DNA from: Lama guanicoe
Lineage: Eukaryota
Length of the DNA stretch: 64,000 bases
Reading direction: 5' to 3'
NCBI GenBank assembly: GCA_013239625.1
Contig: MU054338.1
Span: 312,001 to 376,000 of the forward strand
The notes under the pieces are model-generated. The model made no database searches and was not told the origin of the DNA. It saw only the letters and a list, made by a program, of their open reading frames with translations. How positions within the stretch are numbered: the stretch's first letter is position 1; each line of letters opens with the position of its first letter. A program made the position numbers and the translations under genes. Shown here in pieces: positions 37,493-50,280 of the stretch.

Positions 37493-38850
37493 GCTCCCAG
37501 GACCAGCCTGCCAGGTGCCTGGCCACAACTTCCGTCATTCCAGAAAAAAGCCACTTTAAAAAGCAGCTGAAGTGACCTTAAAAGACCAGAGATTTTATTT
37601 TTTTAAGAGAAATCAGTTTACCTGTTTTTAAAAAATTAAATCTAATTCACTTGCTTACCTAGGGGAGATGGGGTGCAGTCCTTGCCTGCACCCCCTGCTC
37701 CCCGCCCCTCGCCCGTGCCTTCTGCAGCTGCGGGGTGCGTGCTCCCAAACCTCCACGCGGCTCTCTTGTGCCTTAAACCCGCTGCTCTGGCAGGGCCTTC
37801 TTGGGGTAGCAGGCGTGGAGGGCTTTTGGGGCCTAAGGGGCCAGCCTCCCCTGGGATCATGTGCCTGGTGTGGCAGGAGGCTGAGAGCGGCCAGTCTGGC
37901 CGACACCCCAGATCCTTTAATCAAGTATGTGATTCTCCCTTCAAGTCCCAGGGCGAGACCCCAGGGCATGCCCCTGGCGCTTCTTCAGCTTTGTTTTCAC
38001 CAGAACCTTTGTATTACGCTTTGATGCAGCTGCAGACTCTGTGCCTAGCAATATTTCCAGTTGACCAAATATCCTAATCTTTCTCATTTATATGCAAAAG
38101 AAATAGTTTTAGGTAACTTTTTATATAGCAAGATAAAAATGGTATGAGTGTAATCTAAAGTTTCTCCAGCAAGTATGACCTTGTATACTGTTATTTTATT
38201 CCTTGTAACGAAGTCGCAGGGCAGGATCCAGCCTCGGGGCAGACGCCGTGGCCGGCTGGGTGGCCCCCACATGCCTTACTCACACCCGACTGTCCTCGGT
38301 CAGGGAGGACGAGCGCTCTTAAACTTTCAGGGTTTCTTTTTTCCTGCAAATTTTGGACCAAAGTTTTGTTTTTTGTTTTTTGTTTTTTTTTGGTCTGCCT
38401 CTAACGCTGGGACCCCAGGAGCTGGGGCAGCTGCCCTCCGGTCTTAACTGCCTCGTCCTGCACTCATGGGTCCAAGGGGCTCCCGCGCACAGGCCCCATG
38501 CTGGCCGGCCCTCCCTCGGGGTCTGGGCCCCGAGTTTCCATGTCGGGTGGAACAAGGGTGTAAATATTTATAATTTTTTATACCTGTTGTAAGTCACAAG
38601 GGGCAGCATATGCGGTTTTTTATGGTGACAGATGTATATTTTGATAACAGCGGTTACAGGCGCAGTGTTGTAAGGGGAGCAGGCAGAGTCCACTGCCCGC
38701 CGCCAGCTTGTAATGTGGAGAGAACTGAATTAAAGCAATTTTATAACAACTCCTGCCTTTTCCGTAGGCTCTTTTTTCCCGGCACATTGTAGAAGGCAGC
38801 TGGGCCGGTCTGTCCTGGACTGTAAATAAACTCTGTACCTGCACCTGATC
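37493..38850 (+). promoter_or_regulatory. PTBP1: PTBP1 3' UTR with miR-124 and miR-133 seed sites and poly(A) signals
   Basis: miR-124 sites GTGCCTTA at 37768-37775 and TGCCTTA at 38272-38278. miR-133 site GGACCAAA at 38355-38362. ATTAAA at 38729-38734 and AATAAA at 38825-38830. Confidence 0.8.
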
Positions 38851-39193
38851 TCCCTCATTGGGCCTGTTTCACTGCTTCTCTCCTGTGGACTCAGCTGCTT
38901 TGTCTCCACTTCTACCTTGGGGGCTGGGGGGGGGTTGCTGGAGATGTGGGGGACTGAACAGGGTGGGTGGTGGGGAACAGACGTGGGGGCTCTGCCAGCC
39001 TTGGGGACCCTCCCACTGAGCAGCCCCACCCCCAGAGCCACCTCCCAGCTACAAGCGGTGGGGCTGCTGGGAGGCTGAGCTTGCTTGCTGGGCCCACAGG
39101 ACTCAGAGCCACACTCCAGGGTCATCTTTTATTGTCTGGACTTGGGAACAGCCCCCGTGTGCTCCCCACCCCCACCCACCCTGCGCCCAGCCC

Positions 39194-42100
39194 TCAGTCC
39201 TTGAACCTGCGGGCCGCCTGCATCTTGCGGTAGTAGGCTTCCGCCTCCGCCCCAGCTGAGGCCTCCCGCTCACCCAGCACCAGACCGCCTGCTTTGCGCC
39301 GCAGCGTGGACTCCCGGCTGGCCGGCCCCAGGGCCCCGTCGGCTGTTCCCAGGGTGGGCAGCCCCTCACCTGTGGCCAGGTTGACAGTGGCCACGGCCCC
39401 AAACCGTGGCTCCTCCTGGTCCACGTCACTGACAGACGAGCCTGGGGACACACCTGGTGGCTTGGGCCCCCCGCGGAAGCCGTGAGCCAGGTCCCCCAGC
39501 TCATAGCCACCTTGGCCCTCTGGCCCCTTGGCCCCACCACCAGCTGCCTTCCACTCCCAGGGCCCATTACCCGCGGACAGGTGGACCACGGGGTGGTGAG
39601 GTGCGTGCGCGTCGATGGTGACAATGCTGGCTGAGTCGCGGTCTGACGGTGACCTGTACTGTGAGGAGTCGGAACTGGTGCTAGAGGACGAGGCTGTCTC
39701 GGCTGCCTTGGGGCCAGGCCCACCTGGTGCCTTGGACATGGCAATGACCTGCAGCAGCCGGGGCGGGTTGGCTACACGGGGCTGGGCAGAGGCCGTGGCC
39801 ACAGTGGACCCACTCTTCTCAGCCATCATGAGCCACTTGGCCCTCACGGCCGCGCTGCTCTTAGGGGATAGGCCAGCCACCGCCTGGGCCCCCTCCTCAG
39901 GGATGTGCACCAGTGGCTGTGGCCCGGCCCTCGGCGGGAGAATGACCCGCGGCCCGAGCCCTGGACGGGCCTGGACAGTGGGGTAGAGTGAAGGCGGGGC
40001 CGGACCCCCTTCCTCCCCTTCCTCCTCCTCCTCCTCCTCCTCCTCCTCCTCCTCTTCCTCTTCCTCCTCTGCCATGGGCTCCGCGGGCGCGTGCAGGTGC
40101 CCCTCATCCGGCAGCCCCAGGCCACGGCCCTCCAGCGACTTCTGCTTCCACTCGCTGATGAGCTGCTTGGAGCGTGAGGCATCGAGGGGCACGTGGATGG
40201 TCATGTGGCGGCGGGCGGGGTCGTCCAGCGAGGGTGTGCTGACGCGGGGCAGCGTGTGGCTGAAGGTCACCATGTTCTCCTTACCCATGGGACTGCGAGG
40301 GGCCAGCAGGTCCACGTCCACACTGGCCCGCTTCAGGCTGCCCAGTGAGGTCTTGTCGCGGGCCACGGGTCGGGGCACGCCCTCCAGCCGCCCAGGTGGG
40401 CCCAGCTCATCCGTGCTCACGGACTTGTTCTGCTGGTACACCGAGTCGTGGCCCCGCTGGGTCAGCGCCCGCAGCGCGTCCTTGGCAGGCGCTGGGGCCA
40501 CAGATTTCTCTGCAGGCGGGGCCTGGAAGTTGCCCACCGCGTGGCAGGCCTGGGGGTGAGACGCAGGCTGTGGTGAGGCCAGCGGCTGGTGACCAGCGGC
40601 CAGGGTCCCCACTGGGCAGCAGACTTGATAGGTGGGTCAGAGGAGGGCAGTCCATGTGTTTCCCCGTGGGGCCTCAGGTCATCCTCTGCACATCTGGCAA
40701 GTCTGAGCCCATGAAGTTCTGACCCAGCTTCCAAGGGACAGCTTCCAGGACTCAGCAGAGTCCTCCAGGGCAAGGGCTGGCCTCCTCCCTCAGACCTGCC
40801 TCTCCAGCCAGCCTCCCCCATCAGACCTCCCCCGGGAGGCCTGTGCCTCCCTGCTCAGCCCCTCACCAGGTAGGCAGCGATGCCGGCACCGATGAGGAAG
40901 CCAGCGTAGACGTCCACGGGGTGGCTGCGGTACTGCGTGATCTGGGTGAGGCCGCAGACGCCCGCCGCGATGGCAAAGGAGAACACCAGGATGGGCTTCA
41001 GCAGCTTGGTGGTGTCCGAGATGACAGAGTTGAAGTACATCTGCGGCGGGGCAGGCGGGCAGTCAGGGTGCGGGCCGGGCGGGCAGGCCGGGGAGGGGTG
41101 CGCTGGGACTCACCGACACGTAGACGGCAGCAAAGGCGGACAGGGTGGCGTGCTGGGATGGGAAGGTCTTCCTGCAAGAGGCGTGCAGGTGAGCCCCAGC
41201 GGCTCTGGGTCCCCACTGGGCCTCAGCTTCCCCGAACGCTCACCAGGCCGGGGGCTGGCCACGCTCACCGTGCAGACAGGATGGCGTGGGTGTCGTGGCC
41301 GGAGCAGATGTCTTGAGTGATGTAGGGGCTGGCCTCACACGACGTGCCCAGCAGGGTGTAGTTGGGCTTGCAGACCGTCAGGAAGAAGGGCGCGTGGTAG
41401 CCTGTGGCCAGCTGGATGACGTCGGTCACCAGGGCTGTAGCACACAGGCCGAACACGTGGACGCCTGCAGGGGCAGAGGGGGAGGGCCAGGGCCCGGCAC
41501 GGGAGCTGGGGCGGAGCCACCAACCTCAGTGCGTGGACAGGGACGGGGACGGGTGCCGCAGGCGACTCACCCACGAACCGCACTGTCCTCCGAAGAAAGG
41601 AGTTAAAGTTGCAGCCGCCGGCGTGGATGCTGCCCTCAGCCCCACCGGGGCCCCCACTGCGGCCCCACAGCCGGGACTGCAGGCAGTACAGCGTGCCCTC
41701 GCCGACCATGATCTGCCGGACAGGGAGATGCTCAGCCAGGCTCCTGGCCGGCGCCCCCGCAGGCTGACCCAGCCCCGCACCAGGACTCACCGAGGCTGCA
41801 GGCGCAGCAAAGGCCAAGCTGAGGAGCATGAGCAGGGGGATGAGCTCCTCGCTGGTCTCCACGTAGGGCATGGAAAGTGTGCGGTCGTAGCACTGGAAAC
41901 CCACCTTGGCCGGCTTGAAGAGGTCGGTCAGCTCCAAGAAGTAGAGGGACACGATGGAGGACGCCACTATGGGCAGCTGCAGAAGGACGACGGGCCAGGG
42001 TCACCCCGCGCTCGTTCACTGAGTCCTCTGCTCATGGATTCAGTCCAGCCCTGATTCACCCACCTGTGCACCTGTCCCTGCTGCAGTTCACCCACTCGTC

Positions 42101-45100
42101 ATCTCATTCATCCATCCAGTGACCCACCCACCAGAGACATTCCGCACCCGTAATCAACCCATGGACTAGCCCACCTGTCAATATTCCTTCCTTCCACCCA
42201 CCCATTCATCTACCAACCACCCATTTATCTATCATCCATTCATCCACTTAACCATCCATCAACCTCCAGGATCCATCCAATCCATCATCCTTTCATTCAC
42301 CCATCCACTCATCCTTCCATCATCCATTCATCCAAACACCATCCATCCATTTATTCATTATCCATCTGACCCCCCACCCACCCATCCACCCACCCGTCCA
42401 TTCATCTATCCATCATCCATCATCTTCCATTATCCACCCATCAATCCACCATTCTTCCATCCACTCATCCTTCCTTCCTTCCATTCATCCATCCATGCTT
42501 CCTTCCATCCACCCACCCACCCATCCATCCACCAGTCCTCCCATCCACTCATCCATCATCCACTCAACCACCCAACCATCCATCCATCAACTTCTAACAT
42601 ACATCTGTCCATTTATTCGTTATCCATCCATCAGACCACAAATCCACACATTCACCCATTCACCCACCCAACATCCATCCATCCATCAGCTCACCCATCC
42701 ATTCATCCATCAATCATCCATTCATCCAAACACCCACCCATCCATCAACTTCCAATATCCATCCATCAATTTATTATCTAGCCAACTGACTAGTCAGCCA
42801 GCCATCTACCCACCCACCCACTCATCCTCCCATCCATCATCCATCCATCGATCCACCAGCCAATCATCCATCTATTCATGCTTGCTTGCTTGCTTGCTTC
42901 CTTCCTTCCTTCCACCCGCTTACTCATCCATCCACCCAACATCCCTTCTTTCATTTCTCCCCTCCAGCCACTCCTGCTGTCTTGAACAACCAGAAACAAC
43001 AGACAGGTTTCCACCTTTGGGCCTTTCCTCTCAGGGATGGATGGATGCACTCAGACATCCCTCTGGAGTCCTGGCCCTCTTTGGAGGGGCCCTTCCTGGC
43101 AGCAGTCTCCCTATCCCCCTTGCACTGCTTTATTTCCTCCAGAACCCAGACCCCTACGTGCCAACTTCACACTCAGTTCCAAGACCGTGGGCGTCTGGCC
43201 CATGGCAGGTGCTGAATGAATGAATAAATGAATGAATTCACTGAGTCCCTCATTCATGCAACTGTCCTTCCCCACACCCTGGTCATGTGCCCCCTGGAAC
43301 TGGGCAAACAGCACACACAATGTTCCTCCTGCTCCCACCAGCCATAAGGAATTGATGGGAGACTGAGGGTCAGGATGCTGAGCTGCGCTTCACCAAGTCA
43401 CAGACATGGCGCGGAGGAAGGCAGGAGGGCAGGATCTACACCTCATTCACGCACTCACTCACTCACACACACACTTGCTCACCCACTCTTTCACTCTCTC
43501 ACACGTGCACTCACACACTTACTCAGTCGGCAAACAACCACTGGGCAGATTCCAGTGGAATCTTCTGAGGGGAGGAAACCCTCCCAGCATCCTATTCCTC
43601 TCCCTCTGGTTCAAGGGTCTCAAATTTTAACACCCCAGGAGCCAGGTGGGGTGGCACTGTGGGACCAGAGAGTATGTGGGCCTCTCGGGGCCCAGATGCC
43701 TTAGGAAGCCCCCACCTCCACTCCTGCTTTGTATGGCACCTCGAGAGGGGCCTCGACCCTGAATCGGGGGCTCCCAGAGGAAACACACCAAAGTTGGGTT
43801 TGCAGGAGCTGGGCCGGTGTCCCAGAAGCATTTATTGAGCATCTGCTGCGTGCAGGCATGAGGCCCAAGGCAGTTGAATGAAGTGGTTCAGAGCCACCGA
43901 CCTGGGTGCTGATCCTGGCTCCACCTCTTCCCCATGCCTCAGTTTCCCCAGCTGGAAACGGGAACCATCAAGCGGCCACCCCCCAGGGGTTCAACGAGAG
44001 GACTGGATGAGTAAACACACAGAAAGTGCTTAGGACCTGGCACAGTGGAGCTGTCAGTCACAGTAGCTGTCGTGAGATGCTCTCTCTACATGACTTGGCT
44101 GGCTGGGGAGGCAATGTCAGGCCGCAGAGAGGGTGCAGGTGGGGCCTGGCTACAGCCTTAAAATCCTCAAACCCTTCAGCCAGAGGGTGCTGCTGAAGAC
44201 CCACCCCCGCCTGTGACTCCCAAGCCAAGGCCCACCTCCAGCCCTCTGCCCACATCTCCTCCGCCCTAGGCCAGGCTGTAGGCAGAACAGGTGGCACCTG
44301 GGGGCAGCATGGGCGACGGGGCCCCACGTCTGGCCCACCATCCCCCGAGGGTCTGTGTGAACCCCACCTCCCACTCCTCACTGCTTTCAGAGACCCTCAG
44401 CTGGAAACCTGGAACTCCTCAGAGCCTACGTGCCCTCGAGGAAAGCCATCCACACACATTCACTGTGTTGTGCCAACAGGCTTGATTTGGGGGCGGGTGT
44501 TTAAAAAAAAAGAATGTCATACTGGCAGTAAAGGACATGCAGACCAGAGCTGGGAAGTGGTTTTCACTAACATGGGAGCAGGCATGATCGTGGGGAAACG
44601 GGCACACGTCCAGGAGCAGAAGGCTGCAGCTCCAGGGAGGAATCTGGGCTCTTTCCCCACTGACCACACGCTGCTCCCCGGGGATGTGTCCCGCACACAA
44701 GCTCCCTCTTCTGCAGGGTGACACAGGCCAAAGGGTTTAAAGAGTTTCCTTACAGGAGTGTGTGTCAAACAAAAGGCCAAGCGGCACCCAAGCACCCAAC
44801 TAGCTGAGGGCAGTGCCTGAGCGCTGGAGCACTACGCAGCTGTGAGGAAGGATGGGCGCCCCTTTGCGGGAGGATGGTAAGCAAAGATCGCTGCTAAAAA
44901 ACGCCAAGAGCATTTTTAAAACTTGTGTTTTAAAAGGTGACGACAGGCGGGGGAAGGGTACAGCTCAGAGGGAGAGCTCATGCTTAGCATGCAGAGGTTG
45001 TGGGTTCAATCCCCAGCACCATCATTAAAATAAATACTTAAGACTAATTGCCTCCCCCCACCAAAAGAAAACCAAATAAACAAAAGGTGGCAGGGGAAGG

Positions 45101-46009
45101 GCTACACAGCTGGTGGACTCAAATGGGTGTGAAATGCCTTCTGGAAGGACACGGGGAAGGGGGCGGGGACTGCCTGCAAGGTGCTCCTGTGCCACGCCTT
45201 TGTGACACTGAGAAAGTCTAACGTATTGTGATGGAAATGCAAATTTGAAAAGTAATCAGATTTTCTGCACCAGGTTGGGTGGGGGTGGTGTTTGCTCACC
45301 TCCACCCTGCGGGGGCCCCTCACAGGAGCTGGGTTTCCTGGTCTGTCAGGTAGGAGGCGTCATAGCTAAACTAGGTGCTTAACACCCGTGTGGATGCATG
45401 TCACGGGCAGGATCATTAGCACTCATTCAGTGCCAGGTGGCAGGAGCTTTTCTTCTGTAAACGCTCACAAGGCCCTCACTACATGCCCGCCCGCCAGTTG
45501 GATCAGAGTTTGGAGAAATGCACTGACCTCCACCATGAGCAGAGGAGAGCTCTGAATTCAGCTCCTACGCGGGAGGAGGACCCTGCACCCACACCCAGCG
45601 CCCTCCACTCGTGGTCTCCAGCACCCTGCTCCAGCCCCTCCAGGGAGCTACTGGCCTGTACCCGAGAATAAAGGCCCCGCCTCCCCAGCATTCGCCCAGG
45701 CTCTTTTAAAGCCCCGAACACCCCTTTGCGCCTCCGAAGTCCTACACGGCCTGCAGAGCCCAAGTGTTCCGATCCCTCCAACCCCCAGGCACCCGGGCTG
45801 TGCCCCGACCCTAGGCTGAGGCGGGCCATACCCGCCCCCGTTTTTCAGCGTGGGAGCCCCCGGGGCGAGGGCCGGCGAAACCGAGGCCTCTGCACCCTGT
45901 CACCAGCGCGACACTCCCCCACCCCGCCGCTCACCTCCACGAAGTAGAAGCAAGGCAGAAGCGTCATGCTGTCCTTCGGGGTTTTATTCTTCTCCTTGGT
46001 CGAGATCAT
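39194..46009 (-). CDS. PLPPR3: Phospholipid phosphatase-related protein 3 (PRG-2/LPPR3), 728 aa. Coding exons 46009-45935, 41976-41791, 41712-41571, 41464-41269, 41171-41114, 41040-40867, 40549-39194
   Basis: Starts [43 protein letters not shown]. Has a PAP2-like membrane domain and a long acidic C-tail with poly-Glu, ending [14 protein letters not shown]. All junctions are GT-AG and the CDS is 2187 nt. AATAAA on the minus strand at 39128-39133. Confidence 0.96.
40011..40070 (-). repeat. (GAG/GAA)n coding repeat giving a run of about 17 Glu in PLPPR3
   Basis: (CCT)n on the plus strand within the last exon. Confidence 0.9.
42100..42960. repeat. Degenerate (CCAT)n/(CCAC)n/(CCTT)n simple-repeat tract in a PLPPR3 intron
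   Basis: Directly visible. Confidence 0.95.
44949..45085 (+). mobile_element. Vic-1-type SINE in a PLPPR3 intron
   Basis: tRNA-Ala-like head and CTAATTGCCTCCCCCC tail. Confidence 0.78.
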
Positions 46010-47200
46010 GGTGCCGCGGGCGCCACAGGCCGCGGCTGGAGGGGACAAAGCCGCGCTGGAGGAGGGGAGGCGCAGTCTGAGCCCTGGCGGGACCCGGTGC
46101 CCGGCGCCTGCAGGGGAGGGGCGGGCCGGGATGCGCAGGAACCGCTCGGGGAAACTGAGGCCCGGGAGAAGGAGGGACCGCGACCCAGCAACCTGCACAC
46201 TGCGGCCCTCCCCAGCACCCGCTGCCGCCCGGGTGGGGGGTCGCCAGGGTCTCGACAGGGAGGGCGGGGCCGGCCTGGCTGCGGGGTCCCCCGGCCGGGG
46301 TCCGTCCTGCGCGTCAGGCGAGGGCCTGCGGGACGACGGAGGGCCGGGGCAGAGGAGGGGTGGGGTCCGGGCCCTCCGCCCGCAGGCCCCTCACCTGGCG
46401 CGCGCGCGCTCGGAGGGCGGAGCCGGCGGCCGCGGGGGCTGCGGCGCGGCGGGCACAAAGCCGGCCCCTCCCCCGCGGGGGCGGAGGGGAGGCGGGAGGC
46501 GGGGCTGGAGGGACCGCGCCCGGCCCGAGACCCCGCGCCCGGCGGCCTAGCTGCGGCAGCGCCTGGCCCGAGACCCCGCGCCCGGCGGCCTAGCTGCGGC
46601 GCGGGGTGGGGGGGCGGCTCTTTGTCTCCGCGCGTCGGGGTAGCGGCGCGCGTCCGTGGCCGGGCCCGTCCCCGGGCGCGCCGTCCCCGCCTCTGGCTCC
46701 CGCGCCCTCAGCCTCGGGGTCTCGGGGGTCTCAGTCTCCCGTAGGGGCGGCCGCGGGCCGGGGTCTGCGAGCTCCTCCCATCCCGGGCCTCTCGGATGGG
46801 CCTGGGGAGCCCCATCATGGCGGGGCGCGGGCGGGGTGTCTGGGTCGCTAGGTCTCCCGCGTCTCTGCCCCCCTCCCTGGCGCCCGTCGCTCGCCGGCGC
46901 GCGTTTCCATGGCGAGCTCCCCGGGCGCCCCGGCAATCGGAGACAAAAGAAGCTGGGGGAGCCGCCCTCGTTCCCGGGCTTCCTCCCGGCGCCGCGCCCA
47001 CCTCGTCCCCCGGGGTCTGCTCGGCGGGTCCCGGACCCTCGCCAGGCCCGCAGCGATCAGGGTGCACGGCCCGGGCTGTGGCGGCGGCGGAAAGGCCCTC
47101 GCGGTGAATTCGCGCGAGGCGCGCTCAGGCGGCGCTTGCTGTTGGCAGGTGTTTCCTGCTGTCCACGCGCAGCCCTGGGAGGACGGGACCAGCTAACCCT
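45750..47200 (-). promoter_or_regulatory. PLPPR3 CpG-island promoter and probable non-coding first exon (donor at 46395/46394, acceptor of first coding exon at 46035)
   Basis: Very high CpG density. On the minus strand, CAG|GTGAGG lies at 46395 and CTCCAG| lies 26 nt upstream of the ATG. Confidence 0.75.
46516..46600. repeat. Two tandem copies of a 43-bp GC-rich unit
   Basis: GCGCC(C/T)GGCCCGAGACCCCGCGCCCGGCGGCCTAGCTGCGGC starts at 46516 and again at 46559. Confidence 0.9.
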
Positions 47201-49069
47201 CATTTTCTGAGTGGGTCAGCTGAGGGCCCCGGGGGACTTAAATCGCTGTGCAAAATCGCCAGGGCCCAAACAGCAGGATAAATTACTGGGTTCATTTGTT
47301 CACCGTCTCCTGAGCACCTACTGTATACCTGGCCCTGTGCAGTCACGGGGGAGCCTCTGAGAACCGAGGCAGACCCCCCCAGATCAAGCCCGCGGATGTG
47401 CCCAGCTAGGTTTGGGGGTGAGGGCTGTGCTAATTAAGAGCCCAGTGTTTTCAGCCACTGATCTTCATTTCCCTTTGGCGGTTCACACCCAGCTGCCTTC
47501 TGGCTGCGGCCCTTTTGGTTGTTAAAAGAGACTCGGCTCCACGTGTTCTCTAAGACGGCTGGGTGTTAAGGGTCCAGAGGGTTTGAATCCCACCAGGGCC
47601 TCAGTTTCCTCATCTGTAAGGGGGGCTTGGGCTACACCTGGGCTGCCTGTCCTGACTCCCCCGAGCCCGATGCTGCCAGGCCTTGGTTTCCCCACCAGCC
47701 AGAGGGGAGCCTGGCCTGGGCAGCCGTTGGGAATCCGGGTGTTGAAAGGTGACCACAAACAGCCCCTGGGGGACGGGAAGAGGGGAAAATGGGGCAATCA
47801 CTCTTGTGTGCCTCCTAGGGGGTAGGAGCAGGAAGGGGTGTCCTGGGAGACCCTGGGGGTCCAGGAGAGCGTCTGGGGAAGTATCAGGATCAGGGTGGGG
47901 TCATTCTTTCCAAATATCCTCTGTGGTGGAGATGGTGCGAGGCCAGCTGTGATGGCACGTTGCTCAGCAGGGGGCCTGGACTTGATCCTGGGCCACTAGG
48001 GAGCCATGGGAGAGTTTAGAGCAGGCAAGAGGGACTGAGCACACCAGGTGTGGCTCAAAACCTCTTGCACATATTAACCCACTGGATGTGCACCACAGCT
48101 CTCTGGGGAGGGCTGTTCATGCCCTCGGGCATGGAGAGGGAAGCTGAGGCCAGAGAGGGGACCCTGGAGTCACCCCACTGGGGAGGGATGGACCTACGGG
48201 CCCAGGAGTCAACTGAATCCCCCACTGTGCTCTGGGCAGGCTGGCTGGCCCGGTGCAGGGCAAGGAAAGGGTAGGCGGCAAGCTGGGGCCTCAGGAGGGG
48301 CAACGCACAGGCAGGGTCCGTGGAGGGTGGGCAGGGGAAGCAGGCTGGGGGGACACTGGACTGAGGCAGAGGCCTGGGGGCTGTGCCAGGGACACAGCTA
48401 GACAGAGGCAGGGCCGTGAGACTCGACAGGGGCCAGGCCTGAGTCCAGGACCCCGGCATTTAAGCTGGGCAGGGGACCTGAAGTCCACCCTGACCCCCAC
48501 TCCCTACACCCTCCACAGCCCTGGCCTGGAAGAGCCCCCCAAAGCCCGGCACGGACTGGTGTCCCAAGACGTGAGGGACCATGACCGTTCGCAACCTCTT
48601 GGTTTCACCTTGGAAATAGATCCTCTTCTTAAAAATGAAGGTGAAACTCACAGAACATAAAATCATCCATCTTAAAGCATCCCCTCCAGTGGTTTTGGGA
48701 ACATTCACAGAGTTGTGCAACCATCCCCACAGTCTAATTCTAGAACATTCCATCTCCCCTAATAAAACCCCATGTCCTTCCACTATTATCCCCCTAAGCC
48801 CCTATCCCCACAGCCCCTGACAGGGCATGATGCATAATGAATACTTTTTACCTACAGGATTTTTATCCGTGGGCACCTGTCTGGGTCACCCTCCCGCCCT
48901 CAGTCTGTACGTCTGTACAGTGGGCAGGCACGGCTGTGGGGGCCCCCAGAGCCACATGGTGCTTGAGAGGTTGTGGCCCCTTCCCATTTTGAAGCAGGGT
49001 CTTTGGAGATTTCAGGCACCCAGGACGTGAGCAAGAGATGAGGCCAAAGGGAGAGAAAAACAAGGCTGA

Positions 49070-49945
49070 GTATCCACCATACATAAAAAATTCTTATAAC
49101 TTAACAACAAAAAGACAAACAACCCAATTAAAAATGGGCAAAGGACGTGAGCAGCTACTTCTCCAAGAAAAATACACAAGTGGCCAACATGCTGTGAAAA
49201 GACTCTCAAGATTATTAGTTATCAGGAAATGCAAATCAAAACCACACTGAGACACCACCTCATACCCACGAGGATGGCTAGAATGAAAAAGGGAAAAAAA
49301 CACAGTGCTGGCGAGGAGGTGAAGAAATTGGAATCTCAGGCACTGCTTGCGGGGAGGTGAGATGGTGCGGCTGCAGGGGAGTCTGGGAGCGCCTGAAGAC
49401 GTTCGGTGCCAAATTATCACATCACTCTGCAGTTCCACCCCAAGGCCTGCACCCAGAAAACAGAAGACAGGTACCCAGACAAGTGTGGGTGCATGTTCCC
49501 AGCAACATGGTTCACAGCAGCCAAAGGTGGGGCCCAACCCAAATGTCCTTCAGTGAAGGAAAGTGCCCCTCCCCACATGAGAATATTATTGAACAGAAGA
49601 GAAGCCCTGACACTTGCCACCACGTGGACGGACCCTGATGACACGATGCTCAGGGAGAGAAGCAGACACAGGAGGACACACAGCGTGTGACTCCAGAGAT
49701 GTGAGGCGTCCAGAAGAGGCCAGTCCACAGACACAGGGAGGGGGCTCCTAGTTGTCAGGGGCTCGGGAGGGTGGGGGGTGACTGTTGGTGGGGACGGGGC
49801 TTCCACTGGGGTGATGGAATGGTCTCAGATTGTGATTATGGTTGCATAACTGTGAAGATACTAAAAAACCATTGAATCACACGCTTTAAATGAGTGAACT
49901 GTGTGATGTGTGAATTATATCTCAATAAAGCTGTTTGTAAAAAAT
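49070..49945 (+). mobile_element. L1M ORF2-end/3' UTR fragment with homogenised core (~49600-49770), just upstream of AZU1
   Basis: AACCCAATTAAAAATGGGCAAAGGA and GAAATGCAAATCAAAACCAC motifs, ending GAATTATATCTCAATAAAGCTG. Confidence 0.85.
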
Positions 49946-50164
49946 TCAAAACAGTGAAACAGACACATGCCACAGCCAGCTGGACTCACCCGGCCTGCCG
50001 CCTCCAGCAGGCCCCGTGGGCAGCGGACTGGCATTCCAGATTCTGCTGGAGAGCAGGTGACTGCCCTCTCTCCTGGGGGGCGGCCCACAGTGCTGAGGGG
50101 AGGACGGGGCCCAGGGCAGGCGGTTGGCCTGGGCCAGGCAAGCCCCAGGAGCAGTTGGCTCTAG

Positions 50165-50250
50165 AGACCTTAGGCAACTTCCTCTTTTCCCACTGGGAGG
50201 GTCTGGCCTAGGGGTGGGAAGTGGTTGCCATGGGCCTGGGTATAAGGGCA
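50165..50250 (+). promoter_or_regulatory. AZU1 myeloid promoter
   Basis: C/EBP-like TTAGGCAA at 50170-50177, PU.1/Ets CTTCCTC and GGAAGT, and TATAAG at 50241-50246, 40 nt upstream of the ATG. Confidence 0.75.
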
Positions 50251-50280
50251 CCACCTTCACCACCACCCTGCAGCCTCATC

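Noticed and set aside
36632..37528. 298-aa and 272-aa (32764-33582) antisense ORFs over PTBP1
   Set aside because: They are shadow ORFs opposite GC3-rich coding exons.
40238..40307. Position corresponding to human MIR3187 (antisense to the last PLPPR3 exon)
   Set aside because: The recalled 3p seed (UUGGCCAUGG) reads TTACCCATGG here, and conservation is explained by coding constraint.
42495..43223. 242-aa His/Pro/Ser/Ile-rich ORF
   Set aside because: It is the translation of a (CCAT)n simple repeat.
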